DNA of 64,000 bases from a virus (taxonomy: Duplodnaviria; Caudoviricetes), in IMG/VR virus record IMGVR_UViG_3300021168_000003, positions 1,954-65,953 of that record. One strand, written 5' to 3'. A program made the position numbers and the translations under genes. Below the pieces are notes generated by a model, which saw only the letters and a list, made by a program, of their open reading frames with translations, was not told the DNA's origin and did no database searches. Below, in pieces: positions 56,771-64,000 of the stretch. Numbering within the stretch: the stretch's first letter is position 1; each line of letters starts with the position of its first letter.

Positions 56771-58273
56771 CTAGAGGACAAAGTTGGCCGCGGTGAGCAC
56801 CGGGTTGCCAGCGAGCTTGAGCTGCATGTCAGGGTAGAAGCTGCCCGGCATGTAGACGCTGACCAGGGTGTAAGTCCCCAAGGTGGATAGGGCGACCTGG
56901 CTGCCGCCTGTCGGCGCGGCAGCGCCAATGAAGGTGAATGCGCCCATGGCGCTGAGGTCGATCACGTCGGTCGCCACGTTGAACCCGGTGATCACGTCAG
57001 GCTGCTGCGGCTGGCTATCGCCGGGCGAGAGGTAGACGAAGACGCTGGGCTGGCCGGCCGCGGTGTTGATATACTGGCCGCCGAAGCCGCCGACGAAGGT
57101 GTTGGGCTTAGTCGTGACCCCGTAGAGGTGGGCCAGCGGAACGCCGCTGTAGAGGACGTTGGCCTTGTTGGGGTAGGCGCTCCACGCCGCCGCGGACCAC
57201 TGAGGGTTGTGGTAGTCGACGACCGTGTTGGGCGTCATGGTGATGTTGGGGCCCGGGCTTGGGCTGGAGCTGAGCGGGTAGAACTCATAGCTGCTCCAGA
57301 AGCCGATGTAGTTGCCCGTGACGTTGATGTTGTTGATCTGGCCATACTGGCCTTGCACCCCGGTGAAGGGTGCCACGAGGTAGCCGATCGTCGACTGCTG
57401 GATGTCGACCGTCGCCGCGCCGCCGAGCAGGATGTTGTTGGTCGCGGTGACGCCCATCACGTTGTCGCCGCCGTCGGTGCGGATGTAGAGCGCGGCGTTC
57501 ATGTTGCCCAGGCCGCCCGTGGGGTAGTTGTACCAGCCCGCGACGTTCCAGTTTGTCCCGTCGATCGTGTTGCCGTTGATCGTGACCGGGCCGCAGGTGC
57601 AGGGCACTGAGATGGCATCGGCGTGCGTCAAGCTGACGTTGGCCAGGCCGTTGAAGAAGCACCCGGTGACCGAACCGGCCGCGAGGTGGATGGCGTGGCT
57701 GGGGATGTCCTGGAAGAGGCATCCCGAGATTGCGCACACGCCTGCATTGCCTGAGATCGCCCCAAGGCCTGGGCCGTTGGGCGCGGGCGTGGCGAACGAC
57801 CCGATAAAGGAGCAGCCCGTCACCGTCAGCGCGAGGACCCCCGTCTGGTTCTGGATGACGAACGTGGCCGGGCCGTTGAAGTCGAACAGGCAGTTGATGA
57901 AGCTGACGCCTTGGCCCCAGTTGACGATCGACCAGCCCCGGAAGTCGACGTTGGCGAACGTCTGACCGTTGACGCCGGTGCCGATGTTGATGGTGTTGGC
58001 CTGCGTGGTGAGGATGGTCGTCAGCGCGGCGTTAGCGCCGGTGCGCAACGGGATGATCGACGCCGGCAGGATCATCCCTCCAGGAGGCGAGACGCACCCG
58101 ACCTTGGTGTCGATGCCTGTGATCTTGTAGCCGACCGGCAGGCACGCGCGCAGCATCGAGAGTTTGAGCGGGCTCAGCAGCGGCAAGGTCACGCCTGCGA
58201 CGGGGGGCAGGGCCGCCGAGGCTGAGTACGAGAACCCATCCGCAGCCGCGAAGTTGACGGTGACCGAGCTCAT
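56771..58273 (-). CDS. parallel beta-helix protein with serralysin/RTX-like C-terminal domain
   Basis: beta-helix repeats (HADAI, NN.L.GG); DVITGF...DVIDLS...FTFIG. Confidence 0.65.
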   Translation of the reverse strand: MSSVTVNFAAADGFSYSASAALPPVAGVTLPLLSPLKLSMLRACLPVGYKITGIDTKVGCVSPPGGMILPASIIPLRTGANAALTTILTTQANTINIGTGVNGQTFANVDFRGWSIVNWGQGVSFINCLFDFNGPATFVIQNQTGVLALTVTGCSFIGSFATPAPNGPGLGAISGNAGVCAISGCLFQDIPSHAIHLAAGSVTGCFFNGLANVSLTHADAISVPCTCGPVTINGNTIDGTNWNVAGWYNYPTGGLGNMNAALYIRTDGGDNVMGVTATNNILLGGAATVDIQQSTIGYLVAPFTGVQGQYGQINNINVTGNYIGFWSSYEFYPLSSSPSPGPNITMTPNTVVDYHNPQWSAAAWSAYPNKANVLYSGVPLAHLYGVTTKPNTFVGGFGGQYINTAAGQPSVFVYLSPGDSQPQQPDVITGFNVATDVIDLSAMGAFTFIGAAAPTGGSQVALSTLGTYTLVSVYMPGSFYPDMQLKLAGNPVLTAANFVL

Positions 58274-58277
58274 GGCA

Positions 58278-58592
58278 TCACGCCGTGGCTGTGGCGACGA
58301 GCGACCCGCTGCCAGCGGCTACCGTCCAGATGCGGCCGGAGCTGTCGGTCACTGAGGTGAGCGAGACGGACGGGCTCGAGACGATGGTCTGGCTGACCGG
58401 AGGCACTGGGAAGTTGACCGTGTTGGTTGACCCGTCGGCGGCGGTGAACTTGATGCTGAGCGTCGCGGCGGGGAGGGTCGAGGTCACGCTCTCCGTGTCA
58501 GTGATCCCGGTGACCGTCATGGTCATGAGCTGGCCGACGACGTACGAGGCCTTGTCGAATGTGATGGTGGGGGCTGTCCAAACGTCGCTCAC
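58278..58592 (-). CDS. small Thr/Val-rich Ig-like protein
   Basis: GAGGAG RBS; FDKASY..G..MT.TV. Confidence 0.5.
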   Translation of the reverse strand: MSDVWTAPTITFDKASYVVGQLMTMTVTGITDTESVTSTLPAATLSIKFTAADGSTNTVNFPVPPVSQTIVSSPSVSLTSVTDSSGRIWTVAAGSGSLVATATA

Positions 58593-58609
58593 GGCGCGGT
58601 CTCCTCTGT

Positions 58610-58692
58610 CCTTCGACAAGCGCTCAGGATGAGGGGTCAGTGTACCATGAGTGCGTCGGAAGGGAAGGGCCCTTCGACTGGGCTCAGGATGA
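58610..58692. repeat. two REP-like direct repeats CCTTCGAC-N4/5-CTCAGGATGA
   Basis: copies at 58610-58632 and 58670-58692. Confidence 0.55.
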
Positions 58693-58694
58693 TG

Positions 58695-58770
58695 TGGTGC
58701 CGCGGCGAGGGATCGAACCCCGGACATCCTCGTTACGAATGAGGTGCTCTACCGACTGAGCTACCGCGGC
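58695..58770 (-). tRNA. tRNA-Thr(CGT)
   Basis: 76-nt cloverleaf; TAGCTCAGTCGGTAGAGC D arm, TT-CGT-AA loop, GGTTCGA T loop, encoded CCA. Confidence 0.9.
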
Positions 58771-58773
58771 ATG

Positions 58774-58849
58774 TGGCTTGAGAGCCAGGGCTCGAACCTG
58801 GGACATCTTCGTTAACAGCGAAGCGCTCTGCCGGCTGAGCTACTCTCAA
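58774..58849 (-). tRNA. tRNA-Asn(GTT)
   Basis: 76-nt cloverleaf; CTTCG-CT-GTT-AA-CGAAG anticodon arm; encoded CCA. Confidence 0.9.
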
Positions 58850-58860
58850 ACAGTCCTAAG

Positions 58861-58888
58861 AATGTAGCACGGTTCGGACGTGCGTCAA
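58861..58888 (-). promoter_or_regulatory. tRNA operon promoter
   Basis: TTGACG-16-TACATT (GCTACATT). Confidence 0.65.
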
Positions 58889-58990
58889 CGGTCGCGCGCT
58901 TGAGGAGATAGGCAGTTGGCAGAAACTAGCAGGAAATTGGCAGGCAAAAGCAGGACGCTGCCCGAAGGATGTAGCATGGTTCGGCCAAGA

Positions 58991-59094
58991 AAGAAAAAAG
59001 GACCGCAGCCCTCTGGTGCCGTTAGGCAGTTGTCCCCAGGGCTGCGGTCGAGTCTGGCCTAACTGCTAGGTGGGACCAGGAATGGTTTCCTAGC
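58991..59094 (-). ncRNA. candidate antisense small RNA against the shared early/polA RBS leader
   Basis: promoter TTGTTT-17-CATATC (59129-59101); GCUAGG/CCUAGC hairpin with loop AAACCAUUCCUGGUCCCA; 12-bp terminator stem plus U tract; no ORF. Confidence 0.65.
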
Positions 59095-59330
59095 GGTACT
59101 GATATGGCAGCATTGTTGACGGGAAACAATAGGTGATTCTACGTAGTTTGTACGGAGTCTAAGCTGGTATTGGTTTGAGCAGAAGTACAACAGAAATGTT
59201 AGGGAGTTGCTTAAGTAAATTTGCTAAAAAATTTTCAAAAAGTTACGCGTGCTACGATGGAACCGCGCGACGCCATAGCAACTCTTTCCCCCCTTACACC
59301 CCTTCAAAAGCAAAGAATGCTTATTCGCCT

Positions 59331-59347
59331 AGTAACGCGAAGTTACT
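59331..59347. promoter_or_regulatory. AGTAAC-N5-GTTACT box upstream of the first early promoter
   Basis: AGTAACGCGAAGTTACT followed by TTGACT...GCTATTGT. Confidence 0.65.
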
Positions 59348-59426
59348 GCGCCGCGTTTGACTTCTCTCGCGTTTGTGCTATTGTTTGAGTGTGGCAATCA
59401 CGTCACGCATCGAAAGGCCTAACACC

Positions 59427-60122
59427 ATGTCAAACATCTCCAACCAAGACGCAATGCGCGCAGCGGGCAAAGGCTCACAGCAGTCTTATGCATCGGCCAT
59501 TGCTATCCTCACTGGCCAGACTGACGAAGCGTATATCGCTACATTGCGTCAGGACTATCTGATCGGCGCTTTGACTGGCGTCGACGGCGTCACGGTCGAA
59601 CAAGCGATTGACTACCTTCCCGTTGCTGACGCCAAGCCTGGCACGAAGGGCAAATGGTCCGACTTCCCGGTCAACGATCCGTCAACGTTCGACGCGACCG
59701 TGCATCGGCCGCGCGACGTTCACAACGCCTACCGCTCCGGCCTCATGGGCTGGTCGCGCGTTCGCGCGTCAGCTGGCCTCCCGTCGCTCAAGGCCACGAC
59801 TAAGCATGAGCCGCGCGCGCCCAAGTCCGCCGCCGAGACTGGCGTCGCTGTGGCCGTCGATACCTTCGTCGCGCCGTCGCATCTCGATACCGCCGCCGCG
59901 GTCCAGTTGGCGCATCACCTCGAGGATGTCCTGCGCCGCGTTCTCGGCTCAAAGGAAATTAAGGGTGACGCTGGCAAGGCGCTAAGGGATATGCACCGCG
60001 ATATGACCGAATATCTTGCGGAGGCTGATAAGGCCTTAGCGCCGGCCACCGAAACGCAGGACGAGATAATTAAGCGCCTAACGGCTGAACTAGCTAAGCG
60101 GCCGGTTAAGAAAGCCGCTTAA
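59427..60122 (+). CDS. monocistronic early protein, hypothetical
   Basis: own promoter, GAAAGG RBS, own terminator. Confidence 0.65.
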   Translation: MSNISNQDAMRAAGKGSQQSYASAIAILTGQTDEAYIATLRQDYLIGALTGVDGVTVEQAIDYLPVADAKPGTKGKWSDFPVNDPSTFDATVHRPRDVHNAYRSGLMGWSRVRASAGLPSLKATTKHEPRAPKSAAETGVAVAVDTFVAPSHLDTAAAVQLAHHLEDVLRRVLGSKEIKGDAGKALRDMHRDMTEYLAEADKALAPATETQDEIIKRLTAELAKRPVKKAA

Positions 60123-60195
60123 GGCTTAACTCCTAGACCGATCGAAACTCGGATACCGATCGTTCTTGGAAGTGTTCTGATTACCAGTTAAGATT

Positions 60196-60224
60196 AAGGG
60201 CCGCGCGAGCGGCCCTTTTTGTTT
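60196..60224 (+). terminator. rho-independent terminator
   Basis: AAGGGCCGC-GCGA-GCGGCCCTT followed by TTTGTTT. Confidence 0.85.
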
Positions 60225-60577
60225 GTCCGGAGTTTTATTAGCGCTAAGCTAAAGTTAAGCGCTTAAGCGGCGTCATGCATACCGTAAGTCATTGATGTTC
60301 CAAAACACCATATATATATATATATCTATTATAGATTATTCGACGAAAGGACTCGTCTGAGAAGATTTTTCCGCTGCCTTACGGGCTTAACGGCTAAAAT
60401 CTCGTTAAGCGCTTAAAACTCTAAACCACACGTACACGTCGTATAAAGTCCCCTTCTAGAAATTCTCTCTTTTCGTCGAATAACGCCCTCCAGTTTAATG
60501 TATAATCCATGTCAGTGTCCTTTCAGTGTGTTGCCCTATTGCGCTTTCACGCCTTAACGCTTATTTTAAGCTAAGAA

Positions 60578-60600
60578 GTCAGTAACAGGGTGTTACTGAC
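60578..60600. promoter_or_regulatory. extended palindromic box GTCAGTAAC-N5-GTTACTGAC
   Basis: perfect 9-bp arms. Confidence 0.7.
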
Positions 60601-60627
60601 ACCTTAAAACCCTTAAGAGACACTGAC

Positions 60628-61461
60628 ATGGGCCGTGAAACTCGCAACAGAGCCACTTACATAGGCTACCCTCGCTTCGTAAGAGGTGACTTAGGTGATG
60701 GGAATAGCCGCGCCGTGATACCTGCGCCTTATCGTAAATTCGACGCTGGCCACGTTTACGAGAACGTCCAGGTCGTAAACCGTAAACGACGGCTAGGATT
60801 TAACGACATGGTGGAAGTGCTCCACCATGTTCCGTTTATAAAATGGACGGTGGACGATCAGGCTGAGGCGGTTAAGCGCGGCTATTTCGTCGAACGCCAT
60901 GCTCACGACAATCACGCGATCATCATCCCGCTGCCGCTGCACACATTCAAGAGCGATAGCGAAGTGATGTCCTCTGAAATGAAGCGTGCGAAAGACGGTG
61001 ACAGGTGGACAATCGAACGCTTTTTGCCGTTCGTTGTCCAGCAGGATCAGCGTGGCTGGACTGGAACATGGGACAAGGCAATCGAGACTTATAACGCCAA
61101 ATTGATTTGGTATAGAACGCGCGTAGCTGCCACGCGAGCCGCCCGCGACGCAGCAGCTGCATCGAAGCCTCGCGGCAGGCCGAAGGGTACGCCCTACGCC
61201 CGCGAGCTATTCGCCGAGCAACAGTTCAAGGCGTGGCCAGTGGCCAGCGGCGTGACATTCCACGATTGGTGCAAAACGCAACCATCGTTCGGTGAATGGT
61301 TGGAGCTCAATCCGGACGCCAACGTCCCACGCACATGGAAGCCGAAAGACTACAGCGTGCCGACGGCCAAAGAGCAGTATGAGGCCCGCATCCGCGAGGC
61401 TTACGGCAACGACGCGCTTAGCGATCCGGAGCACGCGTGGAGGCCCAAAAGCCGACAGTGA
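60628..61461 (+). CDS. hypothetical protein with AT-hook-like motif
   Basis: KPRGRPKG motif; follows an AT-rich structured region. Confidence 0.55.
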   Translation: MGRETRNRATYIGYPRFVRGDLGDGNSRAVIPAPYRKFDAGHVYENVQVVNRKRRLGFNDMVEVLHHVPFIKWTVDDQAEAVKRGYFVERHAHDNHAIIIPLPLHTFKSDSEVMSSEMKRAKDGDRWTIERFLPFVVQQDQRGWTGTWDKAIETYNAKLIWYRTRVAATRAARDAAAASKPRGRPKGTPYARELFAEQQFKAWPVASGVTFHDWCKTQPSFGEWLELNPDANVPRTWKPKDYSVPTAKEQYEARIREAYGNDALSDPEHAWRPKSRQ

Positions 61462-61465
61462 AAAC

Positions 61466-61494
61466 TTGACATAAGCTCACAGATGTGGTATGGT
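61466..61494 (+). promoter_or_regulatory. sigma70-like early promoter
   Basis: TTGACA-17-TATGGT; AGTAAC-N5-GTTACT box downstream at 61551-61567. Confidence 0.7.
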
Positions 61495-61595
61495 GTTACT
61501 TCAGTTAGGAAAAGTGTCTGCCCACTGACAATTTTAATTGACACACGCCTAGTAACATGTCGTTACTGAGGCAAAAAAGAGAGGGGACCAGGAAC

Positions 61596-61817
61596 ATGTC
61601 ACAACCGTATTTCTGCGAAGGCTCCGACGCCATGGTTGATTTAGAGACCATGGTTGACCGCGTCGGCTTGAACAATGTGCTCTATGCGCTGGCTCACATA
61701 TGCCGCGCCAAAGGCGAGCATCTCAGAGCGGCGTGGCAAGACGCTACTACCGCCAATGTGTGGGACAAGAATGCTGTCGCATTGGACAGGGTCCAAGAGC
61801 GCTTGATCCGAACTTGA
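61596..61817 (+). CDS. early hypothetical protein
   Basis: GGGACCAGGAAC-ATG leader. Confidence 0.65.
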   Translation: MSQPYFCEGSDAMVDLETMVDRVGLNNVLYALAHICRAKGEHLRAAWQDATTANVWDKNAVALDRVQERLIRT

Positions 61818-61913
61818 CCGCTTTCGATGCCGCTCCATTGCGTGCGGCATCACTGGCGACCAACGCCAACCCAGTAACGATGTGTTACTGAGGATAAAGA
61901 AGGGACCAGGAAC

Positions 61914-62333
61914 ATGTCAGAGATCGACATCACAGATTTCGTGTTGAACGTCAACACGCACGACCTATCAGCCAGCGTCGCTGAAATGGGCCAGAATGCT
62001 GGTAAGATCACTTGGGCTAACGCCAAGAGCGAGGCCCAGACATATCAATTCATCACTGAAGACAACCGTCCTGAGTTTGAAGCTTGGGTCGAAGGCTTCG
62101 GCGCATGGGATGAAGACGAGCGCAAGTCATGGTCGCTTGACGAGTGCAACGCGCTATTGATCCAGTTCATTGCGGGCGACATGAACGAAATTGAGGCCTT
62201 GTGCTCCGACTTCGAAGGCGAGATTGATTGGGACGCCGTCGAACAACTGGGCCAAGCAGGGACGATTAGCTCGCGCATATACGGCGGGTCGCAATCTATC
62301 GACGGCCGCATCTATTTCTACATGGGCGACTGA
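61914..62333 (+). CDS. acidic early hypothetical protein
   Basis: GGGACCAGGAAC-ATG leader; box at 61873-61889. Confidence 0.65.
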   Translation: MSEIDITDFVLNVNTHDLSASVAEMGQNAGKITWANAKSEAQTYQFITEDNRPEFEAWVEGFGAWDEDERKSWSLDECNALLIQFIAGDMNEIEALCSDFEGEIDWDAVEQLGQAGTISSRIYGGSQSIDGRIYFYMGD

Positions 62334-62424
62334 CCGCTTTAGAAGGGCACGCGAGACGTGCCCTTCACTGGCGACCAAGCCAGCGCTAGGCTAAAAGGCC
62401 AGCGTCAACACAGGGACCAGGACC

Positions 62425-62589
62425 ATGTTTGAGCCGATCAAAGCGCTTGTGGAGCACGTGTGGCCCACACGCTATTACCTCTGGTACATCGACGGCAAGC
62501 CCGTCCATCTGACGATGGCCCAGTGTATCGACGAAATGGAGCGTGAGGCGCTGAAGCGCTCGCTGCGCTCGCTGGCGGTGTCGAAATGA
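62425..62589 (+). CDS. small early protein
   Basis: GGGACCAGGACC-ATG leader. Confidence 0.55.
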   Translation: MFEPIKALVEHVWPTRYYLWYIDGKPVHLTMAQCIDEMEREALKRSLRSLAVSK

Positions 62590-62846
62590 CCGCCTCCAAG
62601 AACGACACCATCGATCTATTCGTCTGCGTCGATTGTGGCTTCCAACTGGCCTATGGCGACGTTGAGAACCCCGACCCGCGATGGAACCCTGACGCGTTTG
62701 CACGCAAGTGGGACGGCTACGTCGTCGTCAACGGCGACAGCGACAAGGACCGTGACTTCAGCTGGTCAAGCTGTGACGGTTGCGGCTCAACGTTCGGCGG
62801 TGCTCGCATGCATTGCGTCGCTTGGGAAATGGAGGCCGTCAAATGA
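62586..62846 (+). CDS. small Zn-finger-like early protein
   Basis: CVDC ... FSWSSCDGCGS..GG.R. Confidence 0.6.
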   Translation: MTASKNDTIDLFVCVDCGFQLAYGDVENPDPRWNPDAFARKWDGYVVVNGDSDKDRDFSWSSCDGCGSTFGGARMHCVAWEMEAVK

Positions 62847-63079
62847 CCCACCTCACAACCCATCAAATGCTCTACCGCGAGCAAATGGACGTGGCCATCA
62901 GCCGCGCCTACGAGACGCCTAACCGGCCGCTGATCGAGCTAGCCATGGGCCACGTTCAAGTGGCCTACCGCACTGGCGTCATCGACGCTGAGACGGCTTA
63001 CGGCCTCCGGTTCGATCTGGCGCATGCCCTCCCGCTTCAGACCAACGGCTGGCTTGGCATCGACAAGGGGGGACACTGA
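62843..63079 (+). CDS. early hypothetical protein
   Basis: GGAGG RBS; ATGA overlap. Confidence 0.5.
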   Translation: MTHLTTHQMLYREQMDVAISRAYETPNRPLIELAMGHVQVAYRTGVIDAETAYGLRFDLAHALPLQTNGWLGIDKGGH

Positions 63080-63080
63080 C

Positions 63081-63242
63081 ATGCTCCGACCCAAGTCCAG
63101 ACACCTCAGTCGCGTCCACGTGCTCTTCGACCGCTGGCGCTTCTTTACCGCCATGCTCATCATCGGCTGCGCCATCCTCATAGCTGTGGCGTATTGGGAC
63201 GTTCTGCCAGCGTTCTCTTCTATTACGGAGTGGTTGCCATGA
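63081..63242 (+). CDS. small membrane protein
   Basis: one TM segment; followed by a second TM peptide ORF at 63239-63385. Confidence 0.45.
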   Translation: MLRPKSRHLSRVHVLFDRWRFFTAMLIIGCAILIAVAYWDVLPAFSSITEWLP

Positions 63243-63456
63243 CCTACGAACGCCTATTCCTGATCCTCGCCATACTGGCGTTGTTTGACCTCATGTTCGT
63301 TGTCGCCCTCGCGCGGCCGATCAAATACGACGAACACGGGAAGCCGATACGCGTGCCGTTCGAAGACGGCAAGCGTCGGCGCTGAGTCCCCGTCAGCACG
63401 GGTGATTGCTGGACCTCGCACAACATGGAGGATGCCATGATCCTCGGCCGGTAATA

Positions 63457-63513
63457 GGTCGAAACGGCGCTTAACGCGCGCCGTCGCCACGTAAAGCGTG
63501 GCCTGACGAGACC
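63457..63513 (+). ncRNA. type II hammerhead ribozyme
   Basis: GGTC-GAAA-stem III (ACGGCGC/GCGCCGT)-C-stem I (GCCACG/CGTGGC)-CTGACGA-GACC; predicted cut after GUC at 63485. Confidence 0.85.
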
Positions 63514-63534
63514 AAATGAAAAGGGACTAGGAAC

Positions 63535-64000
63535 ATGAAACTTACATACCGCAAACTCCGGCTAGCAGGGGCTTGCTCAGTACAAGCCGAATATTTCCGC
63601 GAGTTATTCCCTAAAGGCGTTGTGGTTACCGCCGCCGTCTGCGCCAGCGTCGCTTGCGAGTTTGATTGGGATTGGGCCGCTGGTAACCTGTTACCTACGC
63701 TGCTGCAGGCTGACTACTACGCCAAGCGCGCGCCGCTGCATGCTGACTACTACGCCAAGCGCGCGCCGCTGCATGCTGACTACGACGCCAAGCGCGCGGC
63801 GCTGCAGGCTGACTACGACGCCAAGCGCGCGCCGCTGCAGGCTGACTACGACGCCAAGCGCGCGGCGCTGCAGGCTGACTACGACGCCAAGCGCGCGGCG
63901 CTGCAGGCTGACTACGACGCCAAGCGCGCGCCGCTGCAGGCTGACTACGACGCCAAGCGCGCGGCGCTGCAGGCTGACTACGACGCCAAGCGCGCGGCGC
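63535..64000 (+). CDS. early protein with 11-aa tandem repeats (truncated by window end)
   Basis: GGGACTAGGAAC-ATG leader; GAC..Q...F..LFP, FDWDWAA, then (LQADYDAKRAP)n. Confidence 0.75.
   Translation, partial: MKLTYRKLRLAGACSVQAEYFRELFPKGVVVTAAVCASVACEFDWDWAAGNLLPTLLQADYYAKRAPLHADYYAKRAPLHADYDAKRAALQADYDAKRAPLQADYDAKRAALQADYDAKRAALQADYDAKRAPLQADYDAKRAALQADYDAKRAA
63703..63999 (+). repeat. 33-bp tandem repeat, 9 copies, continuing past the window end
   Basis: CTGCAGGCTGACTACGACGCCAAGCGCGCGSCG with few variants. Confidence 0.95.

Noticed and set aside
58796-58805. Integrase arm sequence GTCCCAGGTT also present in the tRNA-Asn T arm
   Set aside because: Single 10-bp match constrained by tRNA structure; likely chance.
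60100-60620. CtrA boxes (TTAA-N7-TTAA)
   Set aside because: Many TTAA half-sites, but the spacings I checked were 4, 5, 8 or 9, not 7.
63682-63695. GGTAAC-CT-GTTACC as a sixth operator
   Set aside because: Spacer is 2 rather than 5, the outer bases differ, and it lies inside a CDS.
63703-64000. CRISPR array or DGR template/variable repeat
   Set aside because: No spacers; repeats are in-frame coding; no reverse transcriptase or cas operon (the Cas4-like nuclease is a normal replication-module gene).

Overview
The window is an essentially complete, circularly permuted genome of a temperate tailed phage. It is probably podovirus-like: N4-gp56-type major capsid, about 750-aa portal, a 1980-aa ejection-type protein, and no recognisable tape measure or tail tube. 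The host is probably an alphaproteobacterium, judging by a GcrA-like protein and a Rhizobiales-type xis/int pair. The + strand carries early genes (59.4-64 kb continuing into 0-4 kb) and replication genes (split PolA, exonucleases, VRR-NUC, SNF2 helicase, primase-helicase), ending in xis/int/attP at about 18.1 kb. The - strand (59-18 kb) carries tRNAs, packaging, head, virion and lysis genes, interrupted by one oppositely oriented fibre cassette at 24.9-29.0 kb. No CI/Cro-type repressor is recognisable. The most striking signal is a candidate RNA-based control system. A small RNA of about 105 nt (- strand, 58991-59094) has its own promoter and terminator, and its 5' hairpin loop (CAUUCCUGGUCCCA) is complementary to a standardised ribosome-binding leader, GGGACYAGGA, placed in front of five early genes and the DNA polymerase. 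It is accompanied by a second anti-SD-like small RNA or attenuator, a type II hammerhead ribozyme, covarying hairpins between early genes, and two families of repeated DNA boxes (AGTAAC-N5-GTTACT and AGGACACTGAC). Protein family calls come from motif recognition by eye, not database searches.
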